Origin: Minisyncoccota bacterium
GTDB taxonomy: Bacteria > Patescibacteriota > Minisyncoccia > Phycocordibacterales > UBA9973
Reading direction: 5' to 3'
Length of the DNA: 64,000 nucleotides
NCBI GenBank assembly: GCA_025453495.1
Contig: JALOQM010000004.1
Span: 28,990-92,989, forward strand
Part shown: positions 9,298 through 19,164 of the stretch, piece by piece
Position numbering within the stretch: the first letter of the stretch is position 1
How the letters are laid out: each line of letters starts with the position of its first letter
Notes under the pieces: model-generated
What the model saw: the letters and a program-made list of their open reading frames with translations, nothing else
Database searches by the model: none
Told to the model about the DNA's origin: nothing
Made by a program: the position numbers and the translations under genes

Positions 9298-12200
9298 ATG
9301 AGCGAAGCGCGTCCAAAATTCGTCCACCTACACACACATAGTCACTATTCCCTACTCGACGGGCTTTCAAAGATCGACGACATAGTCGATATCGCCGCCA
9401 AAGATGGCATGCCGGCAATAGCAATCACTGATCACGGCAATATGTATGGCGCGATCGATTTCTATAAGACGTGCAAAGCAAAAGGGATAAAGCCAATCAT
9501 TGGAGTCGAAGTCTACATGACTGCGGGCTCGCGCAAAGATAAATCACCCGAGACAAATAGTGGCAAACGCTACTATCACCTGACGCTACTTGCAAAAAAT
9601 CTCCAAGGATACAGAAACCTAATTCGCCTTGTCACGCTCTCGAACCTCGAAGGATACTATTACAAACCACGTGTCGACAAAGAAATTCTCCGAGAATATC
9701 ATGAAGGCATTATTTGTCTGTCAGGATGCATGGGCGGTGAACTCTCGCAGACTATTCTCCGTGGTGATATCGAAAAAGCAGATACCCTTGTCGCTGAGTA
9801 TCAAGATATTTTTGGTGAGGAACAGTACTTCATTGAGATTCAACGGCACCCATCTGTCGAAAATGACGCAAAGTGTAGAACTGCACTTATTGCACTTGCA
9901 AAAAAGCACAACATACCAGTCGTTGCGACGCAAGATTCACACTATCCGTGCTCTGACGATCACCACGCCCACCACACACTCCTCCAGATCAACACACAGG
10001 GCGACGGTAAAGAAGGTGCAAAATTTGAATTTTCAAGTGATGACTTTTCCCTTATCTCAACCGACAAAGCATACGAAGTATTTGCTGATATCCCCGAAGC
10101 GGTCGCAAACACGGCAAAAGTTGCAGAGATGTGTAATCTTGAGCTTGAGCTTGGAAAATTCATTTTTCCAGAATTTCCTCTTCCAGAAAATAAAACTGGT
10201 GATGATGTCTTATGGGAACTTACTCATAAAGGTCTTGCTGATCGTGGGCTTGCTGAAGATGTGGAAGCAAAAGAACGACTCGAATACGAGCTTGGTATCA
10301 TAAAGATGAAAGGCTATGCCTCCTACTTCCTCGTGGTCGAGGATCTTATCCGTTATGCATCTGAAAACAATATATTCACAAATATCCGAGGTTCTGTTGC
10401 TGGGTCGATGACCACATATCTTCTTGGCATCACCAAGATTAATCCACTTGAATACAAGATTCCGTTTGAGCGCTTTCTCAATCCCGAGCGCCCATCGGCT
10501 CCCGATATAGATATGGATTTCGCTGACAATAGGCGTGACGAGATTATCGAATACACCAAACATAAATATGGAGAAGATAAGGTGGCACAGATTGGTACGT
10601 TTGGTACTATGCTCGCGCGTGGTTCCGTCCGTGACGTCGCGCGCGCGCTTGGGTATCCCTACGGCACAGGGGATCGCATCTCAAAACTTATCCCTTTGGG
10701 ATCTCAAGGTGTATCAATGACAATTAATCACGCGATGGAATTGGTTCCTGAACTTGCCACAATGTATAAAAAAGAAAAAGACGCAAAGGAAATTATTGAC
10801 CTCGCGAAGAAAATAGAAGGCTGTGTCCGACACATCTCCGTGCATGCCGCAGGTGTGGTAATTGCACCAAAACCACTTATTGAGTATGTACCAACACAAT
10901 TTGATCCCAAGGGTGGAAAGATTATTACTCAATACGACATGTACGCCGTCGGTGAAGATGGTGTGGGACTCACCAAATTCGACTTCCTTGGTATCAGAAA
11001 TCTCTCTATACTCGAAGCCGCCATCAGACTTGTAAAAAAGCTTCGTGACATCGATATTGATATCGAAAAAATACCACTTGATGACAAACGAACATTTGCC
11101 ATGCTCACGCGTGGCGATACAGAAGGTCTCTTTCAGCTAAACGGGTCTGGTATGACCCGCTATCTCAAAGAACTGCGGCCATCGAACATTCATGACATCA
11201 ATGCCATGGTTGCGCTCTATCGTCCTGGCCCGATGCAGTTCATTCCAGAGTACATCAAGCGTAAACACAATCCAAAACTCATCTCCTATCTTGATCCAGC
11301 ACTTGAACACATTCTCGCCCCGACATATGGAATTCTAGTATATCAAGATGACCTTTTGATGATGGCGCACGACCTTGCTGGTTATACTTGGGGTGAAGTC
11401 GACAAATTCAGAAAAGCGGTAGGTAAAAAAATTCCAGCAGAAATGGAAGCGCAAAAAATGAAATTTATTCAAGGCTGTATGAAGCACAGCAATTGGAGCG
11501 AGAAAAAAGCGACCGAAATCTGGAAATGGATCGAACCGTTCGCTGCGTATGGCTTCAACAAAGCACATTCCGTTTCTTATGGTCGCGTCGCCTATCAAAC
11601 TGCATACATGAAAGCAAACTTCCCTGTCGAATATATGACTGCGATTCTGACCGCGGAGTCAGGAGATGTCGAAAAGATCGCTGTGATCATTAACGAATGT
11701 GAACGTATGCATATTTCAGTCCTCCCGCCTGACATCAATGAGAGTTTTGGTGGCTTCACAGTTATCCGTGGAAATGAAAAAGAAGAGATCCGCTTTGGCC
11801 TCTATACCATCAAGAATCTCGGCACGGACATTTCTGATGCAATTATTGAAGAACGAAAGAAAGGGGGAAATTTCAATTCCATTTCAGCGTTCTTGAGCAG
11901 GATTCAACACAAAAATCTTAACAAAAAATCGCTTGAAGCACTCATCAAGTGCGGCGCAATGGATACATTTGGAGAGCGTGGTGCTTTACTTGCCAATATG
12001 GAAGACATGCTTGCCTACAACAAGGAAGTCGGAAAAGAAGGATCGAGGGGACAAACTTCACTCTTTGGTGCCGCAGTACACGAAGCACTTGGTGCGTTTA
12101 AGCTCAAAGATGCTCCCCCAGCACCACCAGAAGAATTACTCTCGTGGGAAAAAGAATTACTCGGGCTCTACATCAGTGGACACCCACTGGATAAATGGCG

Positions 12201-12504
12201 TGACGTGCTTGCAAAAAAAGACGTTACTATCAAACGAATTAAGGAAGAATTCGGCCAAGGTATGAAAGTCGGTATCGCAGTACTTATAGAAGAAATGAAG
12301 CCGATTATCACAAAAACCAATCAGCACATGGCATTTCTCAAAGTTGCTGATTTGTCTGACCGTATCGAGGCAGTGGTATTTGCAAAACCATACAAAGAAT
12401 TACAGACACTACTTATCGCAGACAAATGCTTCTTTATCGAAGGCACTATATCCGTCAGAAATGGAGAAAAAAGCATCCTGATCGATCGGGCGAAACTAAT
12501 TTGA
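9298..12504 (+). CDS. dnaE: DNA polymerase III alpha subunit
   Basis: Start at MSEARPKFVHLHTHSHYSLLDG (PHP domain N-terminus; ATG at 9298). Full-length polymerase core with PDIDMDF and OB-fold C-terminus. Ends with TGA. Confidence 0.95.
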   Translation: MSEARPKFVHLHTHSHYSLLDGLSKIDDIVDIAAKDGMPAIAITDHGNMYGAIDFYKTCKAKGIKPIIGVEVYMTAGSRKDKSPETNSGKRYYHLTLLAKNLQGYRNLIRLVTLSNLEGYYYKPRVDKEILREYHEGIICLSGCMGGELSQTILRGDIEKADTLVAEYQDIFGEEQYFIEIQRHPSVENDAKCRTALIALAKKHNIPVVATQDSHYPCSDDHHAHHTLLQINTQGDGKEGAKFEFSSDDFSLISTDKAYEVFADIPEAVANTAKVAEMCNLELELGKFIFPEFPLPENKTGDDVLWELTHKGLADRGLAEDVEAKERLEYELGIIKMKGYASYFLVVEDLIRYASENNIFTNIRGSVAGSMTTYLLGITKINPLEYKIPFERFLNPERPSAPDIDMDFADNRRDEIIEYTKHKYGEDKVAQIGTFGTMLARGSVRDVARALGYPYGTGDRISKLIPLGSQGVSMTINHAMELVPELATMYKKEKDAKEIIDLAKKIEGCVRHISVHAAGVVIAPKPLIEYVPTQFDPKGGKIITQYDMYAVGEDGVGLTKFDFLGIRNLSILEAAIRLVKKLRDIDIDIEKIPLDDKRTFAMLTRGDTEGLFQLNGSGMTRYLKELRPSNIHDINAMVALYRPGPMQFIPEYIKRKHNPKLISYLDPALEHILAPTYGILVYQDDLLMMAHDLAGYTWGEVDKFRKAVGKKIPAEMEAQKMKFIQGCMKHSNWSEKKATEIWKWIEPFAAYGFNKAHSVSYGRVAYQTAYMKANFPVEYMTAILTAESGDVEKIAVIINECERMHISVLPPDINESFGGFTVIRGNEKEEIRFGLYTIKNLGTDISDAIIEERKKGGNFNSISAFLSRIQHKNLNKKSLEALIKCGAMDTFGERGALLANMEDMLAYNKEVGKEGSRGQTSLFGAAVHEALGAFKLKDAPPAPPEELLSWEKELLGLYISGHPLDKWRDVLAKKDVTIKRIKEEFGQGMKVGIAVLIEEMKPIITKTNQHMAFLKVADLSDRIEAVVFAKPYKELQTLLIADKCFFIEGTISVRNGEKSILIDRAKLI

Positions 12505-12571
12505 CAAAAAAAGGATTAGTAGTACCATTGTATATAGTAAAGTTATTAAAAACCTTTAATCTAGAGACTAT

Positions 12572-12856
12572 ATGGAATCAGAAAGAAACCAAATAAAACT
12601 ATTCTCTCTAGAGAGAGGGGATGGAGACACAAATCCAGAAACAACACTTCGTGTTGTTAAATCTCTGGAAGAAACAAAACGTGAAATCGCAACTTTATAC
12701 GGTATCCTCCCTGGGAGCGATTTATACAAAAAGCAGCTCAGAGAAATAGGAGGTCTATGGTATATCGAAAACGAGCCAATCAAAGAATGGAAGGAACGTA
12801 TAGACGCTCTTTATGCACCCGATCCACATGATGAATACCGCCGAGGACAATATTAA
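12572..12856 (+). CDS. Hypothetical small protein
   Basis: 94 aa ORF with ATG start. Followed by two rho-independent terminator hairpins (12866-12896 and 12904-12943). Confidence 0.4.
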   Translation: MESERNQIKLFSLERGDGDTNPETTLRVVKSLEETKREIATLYGILPGSDLYKKQLREIGGLWYIENEPIKEWKERIDALYAPDPHDEYRRGQY

Positions 12857-12865
12857 GTCTCTCTT

Positions 12866-12896
12866 AAAAAAGCGTCTGACTGGGACGCTTTTTTCT
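12866..12896 (+). terminator. Rho-independent terminator (agcgtc-loop-gacgct followed by T-run)
   Basis: aaaaaagcgtctgactgggacgcttttttctttt seen directly. Confidence 0.6.
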
Positions 12897-12903
12897 TTTC
12901 TAT

Positions 12904-12943
12904 CCCACCAAAAAATCCCGCAGCTGCGGGATTTTTTGGTGGG
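12904..12943. terminator. Bidirectional terminator; 40 nt perfect palindrome
   Basis: cccaccaaaaaatcccgcagctgcgggattttttggtggg is a perfect palindrome with A-run and T-run flanks. It sits between convergent genes 12572-12856 (+) and 12948-13520 (-). Confidence 0.6.
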
Positions 12944-12947
12944 ATAA

Positions 12948-13520
12948 TTAGATTTTATATTGTTCCATCTTTTTCATGATGTCAAAAACATCATCAGCAT
13001 ATGAGGCAACAACGCGGCCATTGTATGATTCGAGCCGTTCTCGAAGATCTCCATCATAATGGTGTGCGGTGTTTGGATTATTACCACCAAGATTGCGCGC
13101 GACTGTTTCGATTGCCTCATCTATTGAAGCAAATCCAGCCGTACAAGAATGCCATCCAAAAGGGTTATTTGGTGCTTTCGGGTTCTTGCAAGCAAATTTG
13201 CCGCCTGTCGACTCACGAACTCCAACCGCTGCCACAACGTGCCAATCGAGCCCGTTCTTCTCGGCTTCAAGGACAAGCTTCATACCATAGCCTGCTAACG
13301 GCATACCACGGTCGCGGAAGTATGCATCGATTTTTTTTGCCTGTTCCTCTTGCAATGCTTTTTTAATAGCTGCAGGATTCGCAGTTTCGATATAGTGTTT
13401 TACTTGAGATACAGCAGGTGCGGCTGTCTCGGTCACTAGTGCTCCAGCAGAAAATGAGGTTACTACTACAGGAAGCAATACAAAAGACCGCAGATACTGT
13501 ATTATTTTGTTTCGTTGCAT
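12948..13520 (-). CDS. Secreted glucosaminidase-like peptidoglycan hydrolase (FlgJ/mannosyl-glycoprotein endo-beta-N-acetylglucosaminidase-like)
   Basis: 190 aa. Signal peptide; VGVRESTGGKFACKNPKAPNNPFGW resembles the glucosaminidase-family ESxxG...NN-FG block. Confidence 0.45.
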   Translation of the reverse strand: MQRNKIIQYLRSFVLLPVVVTSFSAGALVTETAAPAVSQVKHYIETANPAAIKKALQEEQAKKIDAYFRDRGMPLAGYGMKLVLEAEKNGLDWHVVAAVGVRESTGGKFACKNPKAPNNPFGWHSCTAGFASIDEAIETVARNLGGNNPNTAHHYDGDLRERLESYNGRVVASYADDVFDIMKKMEQYKI

Positions 13521-14129
13521 AGATAGCGGTAGTGTGCTCCGCCAACACCGTTACTGAATGTCTTGCTTTCGGAAATTGAAAGACTTACTTTCCCTTTTTT
13601 CAAAGATTACGTGTATAGTAGCATACCCTACTTTAATTGTCAATATTTATGCAATAGATTTTTTACTCGTCAACAACATAAAAGCCTTATAAAATAAAGG
13701 TTTTATGCTGTTTTATACAATAGTTTTTAGAGATATTTCGTTATCATAAAAGCTAGCATTTTCTCATCTAATTCAACATTACACCGGTCGGTTTCGTAAA
13801 CCAAGAACCTACCGAGTTCAATAGAGGCTTTTGCAAGTGTTTGTACAAGGAAATCATGTGAAATTAGGTCACTTTTCATGGCTTTTCAGTTTTTGAATTC
13901 CCATGAAATGTGCTAAGCTTCGGTGGCCTGGGCTGTTGATAGCAGTCCAGGTCTTTTTTGTTCTAGTTGAAAAATTCATGAACAATTGCAAGTTAGTCAA
14001 TGCTATAAAGACTACTATTTAATTATTTTGTAACGACAGATTTGCACACAATAAGTCGGTCGGATAAATTTTCTGTAATACAAAACTCTACAAACTTTTT
14101 GCTCGTGTCACCTTTTTGTGCTAATACTT

Positions 14130-14762
14130 CTATCTTTTACCCTGTTTCCACTTCTTGTGATTTGTTGAACGATTGACGAACCAAGCATCATCAGCATTAA
14201 ACCACCATGCGTCAGGGTGCATGGTCATAATTAGCGAACCAAGTTTTTTTGCCGCCGGAGTTTTCAAACGTTTATTTGCAATAACAATCCACTCCCTCGC
14301 TTTTGAGTTCCCCTTCACCTCCTCTTCGCGAAGTGTCGACATCCATTCAAGCACATCGGCATCTTTGACGATCTTTGCTTCAATAGACTGACGCTCTTGT
14401 TCTTCATTAAAAAGAGAAAGTATTTCCCCACCAAACGGGACAGAATCTGCAATATCACGGACCGCATCAGCTTCAGCTAAACGCCCATAGCGTTGGTGCA
14501 CATAGTTATGATCTGAAGTACGTCCTTCTCCTATGTCATGAAAAAGTGCCATCAAGACTGTCTTTCGCACATCAGCCTTTGGATCAAGATTAGCAAGCGC
14601 ATACGCAATCATCGCTGTATGAAATAAGTGCTCCGCGACCGATTGTGCACCACTACCAAGAAACCAAAGCCCAGAGCGCGGAGTTTTACTATGAATTGCT
14701 GTCTCATAGACAAATGAGGCGAGTTTACTGTAGACATCGGTCGTTCTTTTCTTTGCAGGCAT
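14130..14762 (-). CDS. HD-domain phosphohydrolase (YfbR-like 5'-deoxynucleotidase family)
   Basis: 210 aa. AEHLFHTAMIAYAL...LFHDIGEGRTSD gives the H...HD...D metal-binding pattern of the HD superfamily. Confidence 0.8.
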   Translation of the reverse strand: MPAKKRTTDVYSKLASFVYETAIHSKTPRSGLWFLGSGAQSVAEHLFHTAMIAYALANLDPKADVRKTVLMALFHDIGEGRTSDHNYVHQRYGRLAEADAVRDIADSVPFGGEILSLFNEEQERQSIEAKIVKDADVLEWMSTLREEEVKGNSKAREWIVIANKRLKTPAAKKLGSLIMTMHPDAWWFNADDAWFVNRSTNHKKWKQGKR

Positions 14763-14788
14763 ATATGCTGATTATACTACAATGAAAC

Positions 14789-15247
14789 TTATTTTAGTAT
14801 GTCGGACAATTCTCGTATATCGGTGATGATGCATTGTGGCTTCTCTGTCTCCATTGTCGGTGTTTCGTCGGCAAATTTGCCTTTCTTGAGCCAGACGGTA
14901 GATGTGCCTTTCCGGTTACCCCATGCGATACCGCGTATCATGCGGTCGTCGACAACAATTGTTTCCTCCGGACGAACAGCAAGCTCGGTCAATAGTTTGT
15001 CATACAGAGCGTCCTTGTCTTCACCACCAACAAGAATGTACTTACACTAGCCTGCTATGCCAGTCGCCTCTATCACAGCGCGACGACTTTCAGGACTATC
15101 ACTTTTTGCAAGCGATACTAGTGCGAGCGTGTACTTCGAAGCGAGAGCTTTCAGAAGTTCCAATTCTCCGGGGAAAAGAGCACCTGCATACGGATCATAC
15201 AATGTCCGTCCCCAATCAAAGATACTGACTTTTATTTTTTCTCCCAT
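14789..15247 (-). pseudogene. HAD-superfamily hydrolase reading frame interrupted by a single in-frame TAG (at 15047-15049)
   Basis: Two ORFs (15047-15247 and 14789-14992) are in the same frame, separated only by one TAG. The continuous translation reads ...ATGIAG*CKYILVGGEDKDALYDKLLTELAVRPEETIVVDDRMIRG. N-terminal part has IFDWGRTL (HAD motif I-like) and the C-terminal part has VVDDRMI (motif IV-like). Confidence 0.5.
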
Positions 15248-15283
15248 AATTTTAACTTATGCGAGTCGTCCTCCACATAAAGA

Positions 15284-17749
15284 CTATTTACCGTGGCAGT
15301 GCTTGAATTTTTTGCCGGACTGACACGGGCACGGATCGTTTCGTCCCATTTTTTTGAGATCTGCGGGTTCTATATTACCGTCATCAATCTCTTTTGATTC
15401 AGAGAGATGTTGTGCGGAAGACACATCTGCGACAGACGCACTCTCAGCTTCATCTATTTTGAGTGTTTCGATAAGAGAAATCACTTGCTCACGGAAATGC
15501 AGCTCCATCTCACGGAAAAGACGTAAACCTTCACGCTTGTACTCTATAAGTGGTTCTCGTTGTCCATATGCACGTAGATTAACTGAGCTTCGCATATAGT
15601 CCATTGTTTCAATATGTTCGGTCCAAAGGATATCATTGACATAGAGCGCGATTCGCTTGACAGCAGCAAGAAATGGAGCAGCACCCATAACTTTGCGCTT
15701 TGCAGCAAAGAGTGCTACTGCTTTTGTATTTTCTTGGACAATATCAGCAATCAATTTCTCAATAGCAGCATCGTCGCCAAGCAAAAGTGCATTGCGTCTA
15801 CCATAGACAACATGTCGCTGGTGGTTCATAACATCATCGTATTCAAGTGTGTGCTTGCGAGCATCAAAATTAAATCCTTCGATTTTTGTCTGTGCACTCT
15901 CAAGTGCGCGAGAGATAAGACGATTCTCAATTGGCATATCTTCTGGTATCCCAAAACGCCCCATCATGCGTTTGATCCTGTCTGAACCGAAGATACGCAT
16001 AAGATCATCTTCAAGTGATACATAAAAGACGGTTTCACCTGGATCACCTTGCCTCCCAGTACGTCCACGCAATTGATTGTCGATACGACGCGCTTCATGC
16101 CGCTCGGTACCAAGCACATAGAGTCCACCAAGACGTTTTATCTCTGTTTCAAGTTCTTGACTGCTTGGTGAACCACCAAGCTTGATGTCGACACCACGAC
16201 CTGCCATATTTGTCGCAACAACAACAGAACCCTTTACGCCGGCCTGCGCAATGATTTCTCCTTCTTTCTCATGATTTTTAGCATTAAGTACTGTGTGACG
16301 GACACCCTCGCTCAAAAGATATGCAGAAAGAAGTTCATTCTTTTCGATTGAGACAGTACCAATAAGTACTGGCTGACCTTTCTCTTGCAATTCTTTGACT
16401 TTCTTGGCTATCGCGCGGAATTTCCCTTTCTCAGTCTTAAAGATAAGATCAGTATGATCAATGCGCTTGATCTCGCGATGTGTCGGAATAGTGATAACGT
16501 CGAGCTTATATACTTTGAAAAATTCTTCTGCTGATGTCTGTGCCGTACCAGTCATACCAGCAAGCTTTTTGAACATACGGAAATAGTTCTGGTATGTAAT
16601 TGATGCAACGGCACGGGTTTCTTTTTTGATATCTACACCTTCTTTTGCCTCAATTGCTTGATGCAGTCCTTCATTCCAGCGGCGACCAGGCTGAAGACGA
16701 CCAGTCGACGGATCTACGATGATGATTTCACCATCCTTGACGACATATTCCTTATCTTTGAGGTAGAGTGCCTGTGCTCTGACAGCAGTCTCAAGGTGAT
16801 GTACATACTTAATTCCCTTCTCTGTATATATATTGTCGATACCAAGCAATTTCTCTGCCTTACTGATACCAGCATCAGTCAATGTGATCGCTCGAAGTTT
16901 CTCATCTACTGCATAATCTTGATCTCGAGAAAGTTCTCGAGCGATTTTGGAAAATGAGCGATAAAAATCCTCAGAGTCACCTGACTCAGATGAGATAATG
17001 AGTGGTGTGCGTGATTCATCAATCAAGATTGAGTCAACTTCATCCACAATTGCATAATTATGTCCGCGTTGCACTATTGTGTCATGCGTGCGCGCAAGAT
17101 TGTCACGCAAGTAGTCAAAACCGAATTGACTGTTGGTACCGTAGGTAATATCTGCTTGATACGCCTGCTTACGAGATACAGGACGTAGGAAATCAGTAAA
17201 GACTTTAAACGATCCTTTTTCATCGCGTTCTTTGTCTTCTTCTGTATGCGAAGGATCATACAAAAATGAATGATCTTGATCGCCAATAACACCAACAGAG
17301 AGACCAAGATAATCATACACCTGCCCCATCCAACCCGCATCGCGACGGGACAGATAATCGTTCACAGTGATGACATGCACACCTTCTCCAGAAAGTGCGT
17401 TCAAATATGCTGGAAGAGTTGCAACAAGTGTCTTACCTTCACCAGTACGCATTTCGGCAATATTGCCTTGATGTAGTGCGATACCACCGATCAATTGGAC
17501 ATCATAGTGACGAATACCAAGAGTACGCACAGCTGCTTCACGGACAAGTGCAAATGCTTCAGGAAGCAGTACGTCAAGCGTTTCTCCAGCAGCAAAACGT
17601 GATTTGAGTTGTGCAGTACGCTTCGGAAAGTCTTCAGCCTGTAGTAAAGAAATTTCCTTTTCAAGCTCACCTATCTGCTTAATAAGTGGCGAAAGCGAAC
17701 GTATATAAGTGGTGTTTCGATCTCCGAAGATACTTTTTAAAAAAGACAT
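15284..17749 (-). CDS. secA: Preprotein translocase ATPase SecA
   Basis: Start chosen at MSFLKSIFGDRNT (ATG at 17747-17749), the typical SecA N-terminus. DEAD-motor motifs (MRTGEGKT), C-terminal zinc finger CPCQSGKKFKHCHG. The upstream in-frame extension to GTG at 17968 encodes KEGS repeats and is probably untranslated. Confidence 0.95.
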   Translation of the reverse strand: MSFLKSIFGDRNTTYIRSLSPLIKQIGELEKEISLLQAEDFPKRTAQLKSRFAAGETLDVLLPEAFALVREAAVRTLGIRHYDVQLIGGIALHQGNIAEMRTGEGKTLVATLPAYLNALSGEGVHVITVNDYLSRRDAGWMGQVYDYLGLSVGVIGDQDHSFLYDPSHTEEDKERDEKGSFKVFTDFLRPVSRKQAYQADITYGTNSQFGFDYLRDNLARTHDTIVQRGHNYAIVDEVDSILIDESRTPLIISSESGDSEDFYRSFSKIARELSRDQDYAVDEKLRAITLTDAGISKAEKLLGIDNIYTEKGIKYVHHLETAVRAQALYLKDKEYVVKDGEIIIVDPSTGRLQPGRRWNEGLHQAIEAKEGVDIKKETRAVASITYQNYFRMFKKLAGMTGTAQTSAEEFFKVYKLDVITIPTHREIKRIDHTDLIFKTEKGKFRAIAKKVKELQEKGQPVLIGTVSIEKNELLSAYLLSEGVRHTVLNAKNHEKEGEIIAQAGVKGSVVVATNMAGRGVDIKLGGSPSSQELETEIKRLGGLYVLGTERHEARRIDNQLRGRTGRQGDPGETVFYVSLEDDLMRIFGSDRIKRMMGRFGIPEDMPIENRLISRALESAQTKIEGFNFDARKHTLEYDDVMNHQRHVVYGRRNALLLGDDAAIEKLIADIVQENTKAVALFAAKRKVMGAAPFLAAVKRIALYVNDILWTEHIETMDYMRSSVNLRAYGQREPLIEYKREGLRLFREMELHFREQVISLIETLKIDEAESASVADVSSAQHLSESKEIDDGNIEPADLKKMGRNDPCPCQSGKKFKHCHGK

Positions 17750-17839
17750 GGGCACATGATACCATATATCTCTACCTATTTTAAGAAAAACAAAAAACTC
17801 CGCTGTTGCGGAGTTGTTTGTGAAATACAGTAAATTTAG

Positions 17840-17930
17840 CGCTTCTTTTTTGCTACCTTCTTTGCTGCTTTTTTTACTACCTTCTTTACTACTTTCTTTG
17901 CTACCTTCTTTGCTTTTTTCTTTGTTGCCA
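17840..17930. repeat. 12-nt tandem repeat (about 7 units, ctaccttctttg-like) in the secA 5' region
   Basis: Period-12 spacing of ccttcttt/ctttcttt motifs seen directly. Would encode (KEGS)n if translated on the minus strand. Confidence 0.7.
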
Positions 17931-18369
17931 TGGTAATGGTATGAAAAATTATTTTTAATAGAGTGCACTAACGACCTTCACAAAAAATATAAGTGGGAAA
18001 GTTTGTGAAAAAATTTTTTAATGCATCTTCTGAAATAATTATCTCGCAAGAAAAAACTAAATACAATATTTTTTTTACAAAACTGTGGATAACTTTTTTA
18101 TTTTAGTAATGTGAATCATGAAAAAAAATTATTTACAAAAATATTTTTCATTTTCAAAAAAATAGTACCTATGCATTTTTATTTTTTACTTTTTGAAAAT
18201 TAAAAAACACTCGCGGAAATTTCCACGAATGTTTTTTAATTCATCTGCACTGTGAGCCGCAAGTGCGAGCTCCAACACAAATGCCTATGTGAGTGCAGTC
18301 GCGGCTCACAGTAGAGACGACTGCGCATACAGTGTAGCAAATAGCTATAAAATGTAAAAGATAGTCTAT

Positions 18370-18954
18370 CTATTCACGGACAACAGTTATGTTCCCCTCA
18401 ACATCAATACTGATAATACGTGAAGGTTTACTACTGGTACATTCCTCTTGCCGAAGTGGTACAACATATTCGACACCTGCAACAATCCGTGGATCAATTG
18501 CTCCAAAAGTTGTCGGTGTCGGCGCACCACTCAGATTTGCTGATGTAGAAACAAGCGGCACGCCGAGTGAAGTTATGAGCGCTTTGCAAAATGGATCAGT
18601 TGTGACACGAATCGCAACACTGCCATCACTATGACAAACTGCAAGCGGTATCCGTTCTGCTTTGGGATAAATAATTGTAAGTGGCTCTGTTGTAGAAGCA
18701 AGCAGTTCTCTGACTTCTACAGGAATAGTACCGACATACAAAGCGAGCATTTCTATACTAGCAACAAGAAGAATAAAACTTTTGGTGGCGTCACGTTCCT
18801 TGAGTGTAAACACTTTCAAAACAGCTTCTTTATTAGTTGCATTACAACCAATCCCCCATACTGTATCAGTCGGATATAAGATCGTGCCACCATCTTCAAG
18901 TACAGCAAGTGCTAGAGCAAGCGCCTGATTTTGTATATCAGAAAGTTCATTCAT
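18370..18954 (-). CDS. tsaC: L-threonylcarbamoyladenylate synthase (YrdC/Sua5 family)
   Basis: Start at MNELSDIQNQ (ATG at 18952-18954). YPTDTVWGIGCNA and VPLVSTSANLSGAPTP blocks typical of YrdC. Confidence 0.85.
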   Translation of the reverse strand: MNELSDIQNQALALALAVLEDGGTILYPTDTVWGIGCNATNKEAVLKVFTLKERDATKSFILLVASIEMLALYVGTIPVEVRELLASTTEPLTIIYPKAERIPLAVCHSDGSVAIRVTTDPFCKALITSLGVPLVSTSANLSGAPTPTTFGAIDPRIVAGVEYVVPLRQEECTSSKPSRIISIDVEGNITVVRE

Positions 18955-19129
18955 AGAGATAGTATATACAAGAAAAATAAGAGGAAAAGCCAGAAAACAC
19001 AAAACCCCCTTGCAGGGGTTTTGTGCGGCATTCGTGTTGTTTGTAATAATACGAGATCATCACAGCAACACTCACACTGGTATAGTAGCAAATTCAAATT
19101 ATTTTGTCAAGCACTGTTTCGTATACTAA

Positions 19130-19157
19130 TTGCTATTTCATTTTTCCTTGCTATAGT
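19130..19157 (+). promoter_or_regulatory. Sigma-70-type promoter for rnpB (TTGCTA, 16 nt spacer, TATAGT)
   Basis: -35/-10 hexamers seen directly. Predicted start site about 7 nt downstream coincides with the RNase P RNA P1 5' strand (about 19165). Confidence 0.55.
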
Positions 19158-19164
19158 AGACGCA

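Noticed and set aside
9629-10303. 224-aa alternative-frame ORF inside dnaE
   Set aside because: Out-of-frame overlap with a full-length, motif-rich DnaE. Composition is typical of off-frame translation.
12502-12504. Considered alternative genetic code (UGA reassignment, as in some CPR lineages)
   Set aside because: dnaE and other long conserved genes terminate at TGA at the expected C-terminus. No in-frame TGA interrupts conserved domains. Standard code 11 fits.
17840-17930. Considered whether the 12-nt tandem repeat could be a CRISPR array
   Set aside because: Units are 12 nt with no spacers of unique sequence. CRISPR repeats are 24-48 nt separated by unique spacers. No cas genes are present in the window.
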